This document shows positions 30,964 to 41,182 of a stretch of DNA of 64,000 nt, one piece after another. Every line of letters begins with the position of its first letter. Position 1 is the stretch's first letter. Source of the DNA: an uncultured delta proteobacterium (GTDB lineage: Bacteria > Desulfobacterota > Desulfobacteria > Desulfobacterales > JAFDCJ01); assembly GCA_963769935.1 (NCBI GenBank), contig CAVYNY010000011.1, positions 192,001 through 256,000 on the forward strand. Direction: 5' to 3'. The translations under genes were made by a program, and so were the position numbers. Below the pieces are notes generated by a model, which was given only the letters and a program-made list of their open reading frames with translations, did no database searches and was not told where the DNA came from.

Positions 30964-31632
30964 GCTCATAACTTCTTGCGCACTTTGCTAACGTTGCTGA
31001 CGCCTCCGTTGAAATTCGTCCCATAACCAATATCTAATAACTTCCAGGCGTAAATCCGATTCCAGATCAGTGCTGATTTTTGGCGCCCGGCGGCCTTGCA
31101 TCTCCCTGCGCCCGGCGCATCGCGCCCTGGGTCACTCTTATCTTTTCAGCATTAGTAGTAAAGCCGATGAGTTGGCGAGAATATGGCATGAATTTTATAT
31201 GAAAAAAAATATTGACAAATAACCCGTGGCATTCCATGAAAGCCATATTCTAAAATTGAAAACATGGTCCTCCGGGTTAGGTCAGAGAAATCAGGCTTTG
31301 CCGCAGCCGATTGCCATGGGATGCTGGGAAAATGGAATTCCGGCCCCAGTGAAATTTGAAAAAAGATTTCACGGGTTAAAAATATTGAGTCTGGCAGAAT
31401 GAGATCTATTTTTTTTATATAAATATAAAGACTGCCTTTCTTAGAAGTTAAAATCAGCACATCATCCGCTTTTCATAACCTATATTCCATTCTTCCATTT
31501 GCTGTTTAAGGTAAGGGCAACCACCACCCATGTGACGTGAGATCAAAACCTATCACGCGGGGCCAGGATTCTTTGCGGCTGATCCCCTGCGGATACCTGC
31601 CCGTCAAAGCCTTAATATCGAAAGGAGCCCTA

Positions 31633-32415
31633 ATGTCACGCAAACGGTTTGTTGATTTAAGCATCAGTATCGAACCCGATCTGCCCAGCGACCCGCCCAT
31701 GATGATTCCCAAAATCGATTACGTCAATCATGAAATGGGGGCCGAACAGATGAAAGATTTTTACCCGGGCGTCAAAAAAGAACAGCTGCCCGGCGGGCTG
31801 GGCTGGGCGGTGGAGTTTATCACGCTGACCACCCACTCCGGGACCCATCTGGATGCCCCGTATCACTATCACCCTACCATGGACAAAGGCCAACGGTCTT
31901 TGACCATCGATGAGATTCCCCTGGAATGGTGTTTTAACGATGGGGTGCTGCTGGATTTCCGCCACAAGGGAGACGGCGAGCGGATCACGGTTGAAGATGT
32001 CCAAAAAGAGCTGGATCGCATTCAGTATGAAATCAAGCCCCTGGATATCGTCCTGATTCAAACCGGGGCGGATGCGGCCTGGGGTACGGAGAAATATCTG
32101 GTGACGGGCGCCGGTATGGATCGGGACAGCACCCTGTTTCTGACCGAAAAAGGCATCAAGGTGGTGGGAATCGACGCCTGGAGCTGGGACCGCCCGCTGC
32201 CCTTTCAGGCCAAAGAGTTCAGCGCAAACAGAGATCCCAAGGTCATCTGGGAAGCGCACTTTGCCGGGATTGACATCGGCTATTGCCACATGGAAAAAAT
32301 GGCCAATCTGTCCGCCATCGGCAAACCTTTCGGATTCACGGTCTGCTGTTTTCCCGTCAAGATCAAGGGCGCCAGCGCGGGATGGACAAGACCGGTGGCG
32401 ATCATCGAGGAATAA
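31633..32415 (+). CDS. Cyclase family (kynurenine formamidase-like) metallohydrolase
   Basis: TTHSGTHLDAPYH (HxGTHxDxPxH)..GIDAWSWD..HMEKMANL..GASAGWTR. Confidence 0.9.
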   Translation: MSRKRFVDLSISIEPDLPSDPPMMIPKIDYVNHEMGAEQMKDFYPGVKKEQLPGGLGWAVEFITLTTHSGTHLDAPYHYHPTMDKGQRSLTIDEIPLEWCFNDGVLLDFRHKGDGERITVEDVQKELDRIQYEIKPLDIVLIQTGADAAWGTEKYLVTGAGMDRDSTLFLTEKGIKVVGIDAWSWDRPLPFQAKEFSANRDPKVIWEAHFAGIDIGYCHMEKMANLSAIGKPFGFTVCCFPVKIKGASAGWTRPVAIIEE

Positions 32416-32449
32416 ATAAATTCAATGATTAAGAAAAAGGAGGCTTAAA

Positions 32450-33523
32450 ATGAAAATGTGGCAAAAAGCGCTGTTGATTGTCGTTTTGGCTTCACTGGTT
32501 TTTAGTTTGCCCGTAGGCCCGGCATCGGCCAAAGACTATAAACTCACCGTCGTTGCAGGTCATCCGCCCATCTTTTTATGGGTGACGCTGTGCCGTGACT
32601 ATTTCATTCCGGAAGTCGACAAACGCTTGCTGGAAGCCGGTGGAAAGGACAAAATTGAGTGGAACCAGGCCTATGGCGGTACCGTGGCGAAAATCGGCGG
32701 GGTCCTCGAAGCGATCGAAGGAGGCATCGCCGATATGGGCTTTGTAGGGACGATATTTGAAGCCTCCAAAATGCCGCTGCACAATGTGACCTACATGACA
32801 CCCTTCGGGACCGACAATATTTTTTACGTGGTCGACATCATGCATGAGCTGCAGTCCAAGATTCCGGCCCTGGCCCAGGAGTGGAGCCGTTACAACCAGA
32901 TCAACCTGGGCGGGGCGGCGCTGGATACATACGGGATTCTGACCAATTTTCCGGTGAAAACCGTGGACGATGTCGACGGCCATAAAATTGCCGCTCCCGG
33001 ACCGTCCGCCAACTGGCTGAAGGGAACCGGCGGGGTCCCGGTGGCCTCCAACCTGAACGAATACTACAACGGGATTAAAACCGGGGTCTTCGAGGGCACC
33101 CTGACCTTTATGACCGCGGCCATGGCCATCAAGGTTTACGAAGTCGCACCCTATATCTGCATGGTGAATTTCGGCGCGCAGTTTGCCGGCGGCCTCAGCA
33201 TCAACAAGGATATTTTTGAATCGTTTCCGCCCTATATGCAGCAAATCTTTATCGATGTCGGCAAGGGATACAATGAAAAGCTGGCCGAGGCCCAGGCGGC
33301 CCGGGCCAGCAAAGCCATGGAGACCATGAAGCAAGGCGGGGCCAAAGTCGTCTACCTGTCTGAAGCCGAACGCGAACGCTGGGCCGGCAAACTGCCCAAC
33401 GTTCCGATGGAATGGGCGCAGGCCATGGAGGAAAAAGGCCTGCCCGGCAAGGCCATGCTCAAAGGCTACCTGGACGGCTTAAGAGCGCGCGGCGTCAAAC
33501 TGGCACGAGATTGGGATAAGTAA
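32450..33523 (+). CDS. dctP: TRAP transporter substrate-binding protein
   Basis: Signal peptide; AYGGTVAK..EAIEGGIADMG..YYNGIKTGV..YEVAPY. Confidence 0.88.
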   Translation: MKMWQKALLIVVLASLVFSLPVGPASAKDYKLTVVAGHPPIFLWVTLCRDYFIPEVDKRLLEAGGKDKIEWNQAYGGTVAKIGGVLEAIEGGIADMGFVGTIFEASKMPLHNVTYMTPFGTDNIFYVVDIMHELQSKIPALAQEWSRYNQINLGGAALDTYGILTNFPVKTVDDVDGHKIAAPGPSANWLKGTGGVPVASNLNEYYNGIKTGVFEGTLTFMTAAMAIKVYEVAPYICMVNFGAQFAGGLSINKDIFESFPPYMQQIFIDVGKGYNEKLAEAQAARASKAMETMKQGGAKVVYLSEAERERWAGKLPNVPMEWAQAMEEKGLPGKAMLKGYLDGLRARGVKLARDWDK

Positions 33524-33737
33524 GCCAGTAATTTTCTAATGAATGGATTCGTTTGTATTTTCTCTTTATTAGACAGAATTTATTGGATTTTTTTCTTTGT
33601 TTCCGGAAGAAACAAAGAATATCCTCACAATCCTGTCTATCCTGTCTGATTTAAAAAAATATAACAGAATCCATTCCGATTAACCTGATCGCTTGCGGGA
33701 AAGGAAAGATTAACTCGATTTGGCTAAAAAAGGAACA

Positions 33738-35609
33738 ATGCAAGGCACCCCCTGGCGTCCCCGGTTTTCCTTTGGGTTCGTCATTTCGGTCATGAACAGT
33801 ATCGGCACGGCCTGGGTTTTCGTGCTGCTGGTGATCATCAACTTGGACATCGGCGGACGCGCGCTTTTCAACCATCCGATCCGCGGGGTGCCCGAAATTG
33901 TGTCTTTGTCCATTGTGGCCTGTGTCTTTCTGCAGATTGCCCACACCCTGAAGGTGGATCGGCTGACACGCTCGGATATTTTATTAAACCGGCTGGGAGC
34001 GAGACACCCCGGTTTGAGGCATTTTCTGGAAGGCGTATATTATCTTGTCGGTGCGGGGGTGATGGCCATATTATTCAACGCCAGCATTCCGCTGTTCACC
34101 AGGGCCTGGCGCATCGACGAATATGTGGGGGCCCAGGGGGATTTCATGGCGCCGATCTGGCCGGTGAAGCTGATCATCCTGATCGGATGCGCCGCGGGTG
34201 CCGTCCAGTTTCTGCTGATGGCCGTCGGCAGCTTCAGGAACCTGACCGCATCAGGCCGCATATGCCAAGGATGCCCGCGGAGGGAGCCGATGACGGACAT
34301 TCAGATCGGAATGCTGTCCATCGTCGGTATTTTGTTTCTGATATATGCCGGCATGCATGTGGCCATTGCCCTGACGCTTTTGTCCCTGCTGGGGGTCTGG
34401 CTGATCAAAGACAATTGGACCATTGCCACCAAACTTATGGCCTTAGCGGCCTCCGACAGTATTTCCGGCTATATTTTCGGCGTGGTGCCGCTGTTTGTCT
34501 TAATGGGTCTGCTGATATCCGTGTCGGGCATCGGCAAGGACACCTTCGAGGTGGCCAACCGGCTTTTTAGAGGTATCCCGGGCGGACTGGGGATATCGAC
34601 CGTTGCCGCCAATGCGATTTTTGCGGCGGTGACCGGCATTTCCATCGCTTCGGCCGCGGTATTCACCAAGGTGGCCGTGCCCGAAATGATCCGCCTGGGG
34701 CACAAACCCCGGTTTGCCGTGGGGGTGGTGACGGGGTCTTCGGTCTTGGGGATGCTGATTCCTCCCAGCCTGCTGCTGATCCTATTCGGCGTGCTGACCG
34801 AAACTTCCATCGGGGATCTGTTTAAAGCCGGTATCATGCCCGGCATCGTGTTGTCGGCTGCCTACAGCGGGCTGATTCTTTTAATGGCCTACCGTTTTCC
34901 CGCTTATGTGGGTCAAACGATCGATGAATCAAAGGATAGTCCAGCCGGACGCATGACCTTCGTCCAGGCAGTCTGGAAACTGACCCCGATTGCGCTGCTG
35001 GTGGCCCTGGTGCTGGGGGGGATTTACGCCGGCTGGTTTACCCCCACCGAATCCGGGGCCGTGGGCGCTTTGGGCGCTTTGCTGCTGGCGCTGGGCAAAC
35101 GGCAGCTGACCTGGGGCAAACTGTGGCAGGTGCTTACCGAAACCGGACATGTTACCGTTTCCATCCTGTTTTTGCTGATTGCGGCCAATATTTACGGGCG
35201 CATGCTGGCGCTGTCCGGCATTACCGGGTTTATTGCAGCCTGGATCGGTGAATCCGGCTGGGGATTGTACACCATCCTGGCGATCTACCTGGTGATCGTC
35301 CTTCTGATGGGGACCATCCTGGACTCCACCTCCATCATGATGATCGTTGTGCCGCTGATTTATCCCATCATGCAGGACCTGCAGGTCGATTTTGTCTGGT
35401 TCGGGGTGGTGACGGTGATTGCGATCGAGGTCGGGCTGATTACGCCGCCGCTGGGGATTGCCGCCTTTGTGGTAAAATCAACCCTTGACGACCAGAGCAT
35501 CACCCTCAACGATGTCTTCGCCGGTGCGTTTCCATACGTGTTGATTATGATTCTGGTCCTGGTGCTGGTGGTCATTTTTCCCGGAATCAGTTTGGTTTTA
35601 GTAAGATAA
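33738..35609 (+). CDS. dctM: TRAP small plus large permease in one reading frame (DctQ-DctM; DctM ATG at 34290)
   Basis: DIGGRALFNHPIRGVPEIV (DctQ); VVPLFVLMG, FAAVTGISIA, LGMLIPPS, FTPTE, ITPPLG (DctM). Confidence 0.88.
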   Translation: MQGTPWRPRFSFGFVISVMNSIGTAWVFVLLVIINLDIGGRALFNHPIRGVPEIVSLSIVACVFLQIAHTLKVDRLTRSDILLNRLGARHPGLRHFLEGVYYLVGAGVMAILFNASIPLFTRAWRIDEYVGAQGDFMAPIWPVKLIILIGCAAGAVQFLLMAVGSFRNLTASGRICQGCPRREPMTDIQIGMLSIVGILFLIYAGMHVAIALTLLSLLGVWLIKDNWTIATKLMALAASDSISGYIFGVVPLFVLMGLLISVSGIGKDTFEVANRLFRGIPGGLGISTVAANAIFAAVTGISIASAAVFTKVAVPEMIRLGHKPRFAVGVVTGSSVLGMLIPPSLLLILFGVLTETSIGDLFKAGIMPGIVLSAAYSGLILLMAYRFPAYVGQTIDESKDSPAGRMTFVQAVWKLTPIALLVALVLGGIYAGWFTPTESGAVGALGALLLALGKRQLTWGKLWQVLTETGHVTVSILFLLIAANIYGRMLALSGITGFIAAWIGESGWGLYTILAIYLVIVLLMGTILDSTSIMMIVVPLIYPIMQDLQVDFVWFGVVTVIAIEVGLITPPLGIAAFVVKSTLDDQSITLNDVFAGAFPYVLIMILVLVLVVIFPGISLVLVR

Positions 35610-35833
35610 TATTTTTGCCTCCATATCAGGTTATAAATTGCTGTTAGGTCCCTCAGTGCGATTATTTCCTAAAAATTGTGTCGTATTTATCGTCAAAAAT
35701 ATCATTTAAAATTGCTGCAGATGACGCCAGCCGGTTCACGGCCGGCACGCTGCCCAACGGACTTGCATTTGCCGAAAACGGCGATATCTTAAATAACTAT
35801 TCAACCAATTAACTAAAGAATGAGGAGCTGATT

Positions 35834-36760
35834 ATGTCCGAAAAGTTTATCGTTACGGCCGCCCTAACCGGGGCCATTCATACCCCGACCATGTCGCCGG
35901 ACCTTCCGATTACCCCTGCTGAGCTTGCCGAAGAGGCTCGCCGGGCAAGGGAAGCGGGCGCAGCGGTGGTCCACGTTCATGCCCGTAATCCGGAAACCGG
36001 CCAGCCTTCCGCCGACAGCCGGCTGTTCGGCGACATTTTAGCGAAGATCAAAAATAAATCCGACGCGGTCATCTGCACCACCACCGGCGGTGGATTCGGT
36101 ATGACCGTCGAGCAGCGGGTGTCCGTGGTTAAAGCCTACAGCCCGGAGCTGGCTTCGCTGAATGCCGGTTCTTTAAATTTTGCCCTGCATCCGATTTTGG
36201 AAAAAATCAAAGAATTCAAATTTGACTGGGAACCCCAGTACCTGGGCATGAGCGAAGATTTTATCTTCCCGAACACCTTTAAAACCCTGCGCGAGTTTGC
36301 CGAATTTTTTGCCGCGGAGAACACCAAACCGGAACTTGAAATTTATGACGCCGGCATGATCAACAACGTGGCCTTTCTGCTGAGCCAGGGCTACATCAAG
36401 AGTCCGGTCTATCTGCAATTTGTATTGGGAATTCTGGGCGGTATGCAGGCCACGATCAACAACCTGGTGTTTCTGGTCAATTCGGCCAAAGAAATCCTCG
36501 GTGACGGCTTTCAATGGTCGGTGTGTGCGGCCGGCAAAAATCAATTTAAAATGTGCAACGCCGCCCTGCTGATGGGAGGTTTTACCCGGGTGGGGCTGGA
36601 GGATAATCTCTATCTGGATAAGGGCCGGATGGCCCAAAGCAGCGGCGAGCAGGTTGAAAAGATCGTGCGCATCGCCAGAGAGCACGGCCTGGAACCGGCT
36701 ACACCGGAGGAGGCGAGGGAGATACTGAGATTAAAGGGGTTGGATAAAGTCAGGTATTAA
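35834..36760 (+). CDS. Beta-keto acid cleavage enzyme (BKACE/DUF849)
   Basis: TAALTGAIHTPTMSP..AGAAVVHVHAR..TTGG..PELASLN..RVGLEDN. Confidence 0.92.
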   Translation: MSEKFIVTAALTGAIHTPTMSPDLPITPAELAEEARRAREAGAAVVHVHARNPETGQPSADSRLFGDILAKIKNKSDAVICTTTGGGFGMTVEQRVSVVKAYSPELASLNAGSLNFALHPILEKIKEFKFDWEPQYLGMSEDFIFPNTFKTLREFAEFFAAENTKPELEIYDAGMINNVAFLLSQGYIKSPVYLQFVLGILGGMQATINNLVFLVNSAKEILGDGFQWSVCAAGKNQFKMCNAALLMGGFTRVGLEDNLYLDKGRMAQSSGEQVEKIVRIAREHGLEPATPEEAREILRLKGLDKVRY

Positions 36761-36764
36761 CGGG

Positions 36765-37304
36765 TTAGATATACTCCTCCTGCATAAACGCGCTGATCAG
36801 ATCGATATGTTGGGGGGTCATATCGCTGAATTTTACGCCCATGCCCAGCATGCCTTTCCACAGGATTTCACCGTTGATATTCAACCGACCGGGGCTGTTC
36901 GGCAGGGAAAACGAGAGCCGGATCGACTGACCGGCGATAAACGGTTCGCCGGTTTCAATAAAGGCCCCGGCCGGACTGATATCCAGCATAAACCCTTCAA
37001 AATTGCGATCCTCAACCGTGTAATCGATGTTGAGCATACAGGATTTACGCGTGTGGCCCCGCAGGGCGATTTCGGTTTCTTCCAGGCTGACGGATTTGAG
37101 GGGAAGTTCCTGGAGTTGCTCTAACAGGGTGGACTGTCGATCGTCGGACATGGTGCCGATCAACCGAAACAAAGTAGAGGTGAGATTGCCTTTCAGCAGC
37201 TGTTTGAGCAGAATCAATTGCTGATCTTCAGGCAAATTCTTTATCGTTTCCGCTAATTTTAAATTGACTGTTTTGTGATCCGACGGTGGTTTGATGCCTG
37301 TCAT
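36765..37304 (-). CDS. PilZ domain protein
   Basis: RGHTR..DISPAGAFI..GMGVKF. Confidence 0.85.
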   Translation of the reverse strand: MTGIKPPSDHKTVNLKLAETIKNLPEDQQLILLKQLLKGNLTSTLFRLIGTMSDDRQSTLLEQLQELPLKSVSLEETEIALRGHTRKSCMLNIDYTVEDRNFEGFMLDISPAGAFIETGEPFIAGQSIRLSFSLPNSPGRLNINGEILWKGMLGMGVKFSDMTPQHIDLISAFMQEEYI

Positions 37305-37478
37305 TAAAAGGCTCCTTCGTTATTGATTATACATCTTGCCGCAGCAGTATAACCTTGATTGATCGGGAACAAAATAAAAAATCGAAAAACTGAACTGTCC
37401 CGGACCGGATGATCAGGCGTTGATCACGCGCCGGCGGGACGTCGTTTAGTTGAATTGTAAAAGAATTAACAAAAATCC

Positions 37479-39011
37479 ATGCACTATGTCAAGAATCATG
37501 GAAGCGGTTTGAAAAACCAAACAATCGCCAAACTCGAAAACGTTACTCTCAGAGTCAGAGACACGCTGATACTGCCCAACACAAGCTGGCAAATCGACAA
37601 AGGGCAGCACTGGGCGATTTTGGGCCCCAACGGCGCCGGGAAGACTTCCCTGGTCAAAGCGCTTGTCGGGGATGTCCCGGCGGTCAAGGGTACGATACGT
37701 GCTTTGGATGATCCCGCCAATCCACTGCGGGCTGAATATGTATCCTTCGAGCAGCATCAGCGCCTGATTGCACGCGAGGATCAACGCGATGAATTCCGTT
37801 CTTTCAGCGGCGATTTAGACCGCATCACCACGGTCCGTGAAATACTGCTTGAAGGCGACGGCCAGCCGAGCGGCCTGGGCGCTGATATCGCGGCTGCGGT
37901 CGCCGCACTTAAAATCCAGCACTTGCTCGGCCGGGGAATCCGGGCCCTATCCACGGGGGAAATGAGAAAAATTCAGATTGCGCGGGCGCTGCAGAAGCTG
38001 CCGGAAATTATGATTTTGGACGAACCTTTTGACGGCCTGGATGAAGCTTCCCGCCGGGATCTGGCTCAAATTATCGATGGCCTGATGGATGAAACCCGGA
38101 CCGTGATCCTGGTCACCCATCGTGAGCGGGAGATTTTGCCCAAAATCTCGCATGTGCTGGCCGTCCGAGACGGGGAGGTGCTGTTTCAAGGGAGTCGCTC
38201 GGAGGTGCTGACGCCTTCCCAAATGGAGCGTCTGTACGCATTCGATTTTGCCGCTTCTTTTTCCATTCCGGCCGGAGAAGATCGCACCGAGCCGGCTGCC
38301 GGCAGCCTGTCCCGTACTCTGGTCTGTATGCAACATGTGACGGTACAATACGGCGCCACCACGGCCCTGGATGATGTCAGCTGGACTATGAAACACGGTG
38401 AGAACTGGGCTATACTGGGCCCCAACGGTTCCGGCAAGACAACCCTGCTGAATCTGATCACGGCCGACAATCCCCAGGCGTACGCCAACCGGATTTACTT
38501 ATTCGGCCGACGTCGCGGTTCGGGGGAAAGCATCTGGGATATCAAACAACGCATCGGCACCGTGTCCTCTGAATTTCAGATCCGCTACCGCAAGCCCATC
38601 GCGGCGTTTGAGGTTGTCTTATCCGGATTTTTCGACAGCATCGGTCTTTATCGCCATGCATCTGCCCGGCAAAAACAAACGGCCGAACAGTGGATGGCGG
38701 TTCTGGGCATTGCCCATAAGTCGGATAAAACCTTCAATCAGCTTTCTTACGGTGAGCAGCGCATGGTTCTGCTGGCGCGATCCATGGTGAAGATGCCGCT
38801 GATACTGATTCTGGATGAGCCTTGCCAGGGGCTTGACCGCACAAACCGGCAAAGAATTCTGGATGCCATTGATGTCATCGGCCGCCACAGCGGGACCCAT
38901 ATCCTTTATGTGACCCATTATCCGGATGAGATCCCCGCCTGCATCACCCACCTGCTGCAATTCAAACAGACACCCACCGGAAGATACCGGGCCAGCCGGC
39001 GGCGGTGCTGA
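37479..39011 (+). CDS. modF: ModF-like dual ABC ATPase (start uncertain)
   Basis: Two GPNGxGK motifs, LSTGE and LSYGEQR, GSGESIWDIK, DEPCQGLD. Confidence 0.88.
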   Translation: MHYVKNHGSGLKNQTIAKLENVTLRVRDTLILPNTSWQIDKGQHWAILGPNGAGKTSLVKALVGDVPAVKGTIRALDDPANPLRAEYVSFEQHQRLIAREDQRDEFRSFSGDLDRITTVREILLEGDGQPSGLGADIAAAVAALKIQHLLGRGIRALSTGEMRKIQIARALQKLPEIMILDEPFDGLDEASRRDLAQIIDGLMDETRTVILVTHREREILPKISHVLAVRDGEVLFQGSRSEVLTPSQMERLYAFDFAASFSIPAGEDRTEPAAGSLSRTLVCMQHVTVQYGATTALDDVSWTMKHGENWAILGPNGSGKTTLLNLITADNPQAYANRIYLFGRRRGSGESIWDIKQRIGTVSSEFQIRYRKPIAAFEVVLSGFFDSIGLYRHASARQKQTAEQWMAVLGIAHKSDKTFNQLSYGEQRMVLLARSMVKMPLILILDEPCQGLDRTNRQRILDAIDVIGRHSGTHILYVTHYPDEIPACITHLLQFKQTPTGRYRASRRRC

Positions 39012-39098
39012 CACCTTATATGAATCTGAATAAAAAGAGTGTCATGTCAAATCTCAGGAGAAAAAAAGCCTAATAACAAAGCAAAACCGGCAAGGCAT

Positions 39099-39203
39099 AA
39101 ATTCCAAATTCCAATAATCAATGACCGAAATCGGCCGAACCAGGAAAATCCAGCTGGTTAATTTTATTGTGTTTTGTTATTTGGAATTTGTGATTTTGAT
39201 TTG
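39099..39203. repeat. AAATTCC/TTGGAATT element, short copy
   Basis: Shares an exact 19-mer and an exact 25-mer with 42523-42776. Confidence 0.8.
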
Positions 39204-39388
39204 TGCTATTACGGTCCCAGAAGGAACTTAGAGTTTTAATCGTCTCATGTCCTTGAATATCCTCGACTGGATCATCATTCGGCGCCGGAGAGCCGACACC
39301 GGTGGCGGCGCTATTATCTGGTGCTGGCGGCCTGTGGCGTCGGCCTTCTAACGCTGCTGACCATCGCGACTATGATTTTTTAGATGTC

Positions 39389-39517
39389 TTAATCCTCCGG
39401 CCCATTCTCTTCGTCCGGTGTTTCCTCTTCGATCATATCACAGGTCATGTAAGAACCGTCATCGACGGTCACAAGGCAATCCAATTCTTCGTCGGTTTCA
39501 TGGCGTTTGTCGTTCAT
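39389..39517 (-). CDS. Small acidic hypothetical protein (42 aa)
   Basis: AAGGA RBS; MNDKRHETDEELDCLVTVDDGSYMTCDMIEEETPDEENGPED. Confidence 0.45.
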   Translation of the reverse strand: MNDKRHETDEELDCLVTVDDGSYMTCDMIEEETPDEENGPED

Positions 39518-39757
39518 TTTTGATTTCCTTTGGCATGTATTTGACGGGTATCCTCAGATACCGGTGTATTCAAAGAAACCTGATTCTCTATGACAGGATT
39601 CTTTACTCAGCGGTTGACCATATAATGGGCATGAATTGGAGAATGTAAATTGTTATGGGTTATATGACGGCCAAAACCACCCCTCTCTTCGAGCTGTAGG
39701 CTCTACGAGCCGGAAGCTGGGACGAAGTCAAAGCCTGGCGATCTGGGCCAGGATTCT

Positions 39758-40918
39758 TTACTTCTCTTGCGGCAGAAAAAATATTAGGCCCACGGTGAGC
39801 AGCGGTATAAGGGCCAGGACACCCAGCACGGTGCGAATGGAGTACAGGTCCGACAGCATGCCGGTCAGGGGTGTCAGCAGGCCGCCGAGGCCGTATGCCA
39901 GGCCCGTCATCAGGCTGGAGGCCATGGACTTGCCGCGCGGGGCCAGTTTTTGAACCAGCGCGACTCCCAGAGGAATGGTTGCCAGGACAAAAAATCCGGT
40001 AAAAAAAGCCCCCGAATAAACCCATGCGCCGGAAGACTTCAGCAGCAGATACATACTGGGGGTGGTAAGCAAGTTGGCCGCTATGAGCACCGGCTTAAAG
40101 CCGATGCGGTCGGAAAGGTGGCCGGCGAGCAAACCGCTAACTGCACCCGCCACCGTAAAAAATGACACCATCAGGCCGATTGCGACCAGTGAATATCCTT
40201 CATTAGAATAAAGCATCGGCATATAGGTCAGGAATGACTGGCTCACAAAAGCCCGAATAACCATTACCAGCCAAACCAGAATCACCGGTTTCCACACCGG
40301 GCCGAAGATTTCCTTTATGGACCCCAGCAGGCTCTTATTTTCAAAACTTTCAACCTCGGGTACCGGTATGGTTAGGTAAAGATGAACCATTATCATCAGT
40401 CCCGGCAGCATGGTCCAGGGAGTTGCCTTAAGGCCGAAATTTTCCACAACCCAGGCGATAAACAGCGGGCCTGCGGCAAATGCCAGCGTACCACCCATAT
40501 TAAAAATGGACATATTGAAACCGAAGCGTCGACCGGAGTAGGCGCCGATCATGCCGGCTACCGCAGGGTGAAACATGGAAGAGCCGATGGAACCGATGGA
40601 TACAAAAACAAGCAAAAGCCAGAAGGAAGGGGTTATTCCGGAAAGAGATATGAAGACGATCACCAGCAGCGGTCCACCCAGGACAAAGAAACGCGTGGAA
40701 TAGCGATCGGATAGATATCCAACGGGCGGCTGGACCACGAACGCCAAAAAGCGGCTCAAACCGGCGATCAACCCGGCCTTGGCTAAAGTTAAAGAATAGT
40801 TGGTGACAAAAATGGGCAGCAGCGGGATAACAAACGCATTGTAAAAATCGCCGATAAAATGTACCAGGGTGAGCTCAAAAATTATTTTGAAATTAGATTC
40901 TTTTATGGTTGAAGACAT
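39758..40918 (-). CDS. MFS transporter (Fsr-like)
   Basis: HFIGDFY..VQPPVGYLSDR..GSSMFHP..GGTLAFAAGP..GHLSDRIG. Confidence 0.9.
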   Translation of the reverse strand: MSSTIKESNFKIIFELTLVHFIGDFYNAFVIPLLPIFVTNYSLTLAKAGLIAGLSRFLAFVVQPPVGYLSDRYSTRFFVLGGPLLVIVFISLSGITPSFWLLLVFVSIGSIGSSMFHPAVAGMIGAYSGRRFGFNMSIFNMGGTLAFAAGPLFIAWVVENFGLKATPWTMLPGLMIMVHLYLTIPVPEVESFENKSLLGSIKEIFGPVWKPVILVWLVMVIRAFVSQSFLTYMPMLYSNEGYSLVAIGLMVSFFTVAGAVSGLLAGHLSDRIGFKPVLIAANLLTTPSMYLLLKSSGAWVYSGAFFTGFFVLATIPLGVALVQKLAPRGKSMASSLMTGLAYGLGGLLTPLTGMLSDLYSIRTVLGVLALIPLLTVGLIFFLPQEK

Positions 40919-41182
40919 GAAATTCTACAGTCCGGAAGCTACCCGTCTTATAAAACCGAAAGTAGGTTCAGCGGCAGGGCAGGGGTATAGAGCAATGATA
41001 GGGGCGTGTCAATAAAATAATGGATAGACAACCTACCCGTTTTGCTTTTGAACCGGAAGTGTTCTAGAAAAGCGAATATTGATTACGAGGTTTTAAATTT
41101 CGAGGCCGAGTCCTTGCCCGTCCGGTGCAAATCTGGTAAAAATGCTGCCGCATGGCAATTCAGGACATTTAGGGAGGCATTT

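Noticed and set aside
30774..31000. Guanidine riboswitch upstream of DUF1989
   Set aside because: No recognisable motif; the region is explained by the antitoxin remnant (Rfam not run)
39247..39383. Small membrane peptide ORF
   Set aside because: The hydrophobic frame has no start codon; the ATG frame is unconvincing
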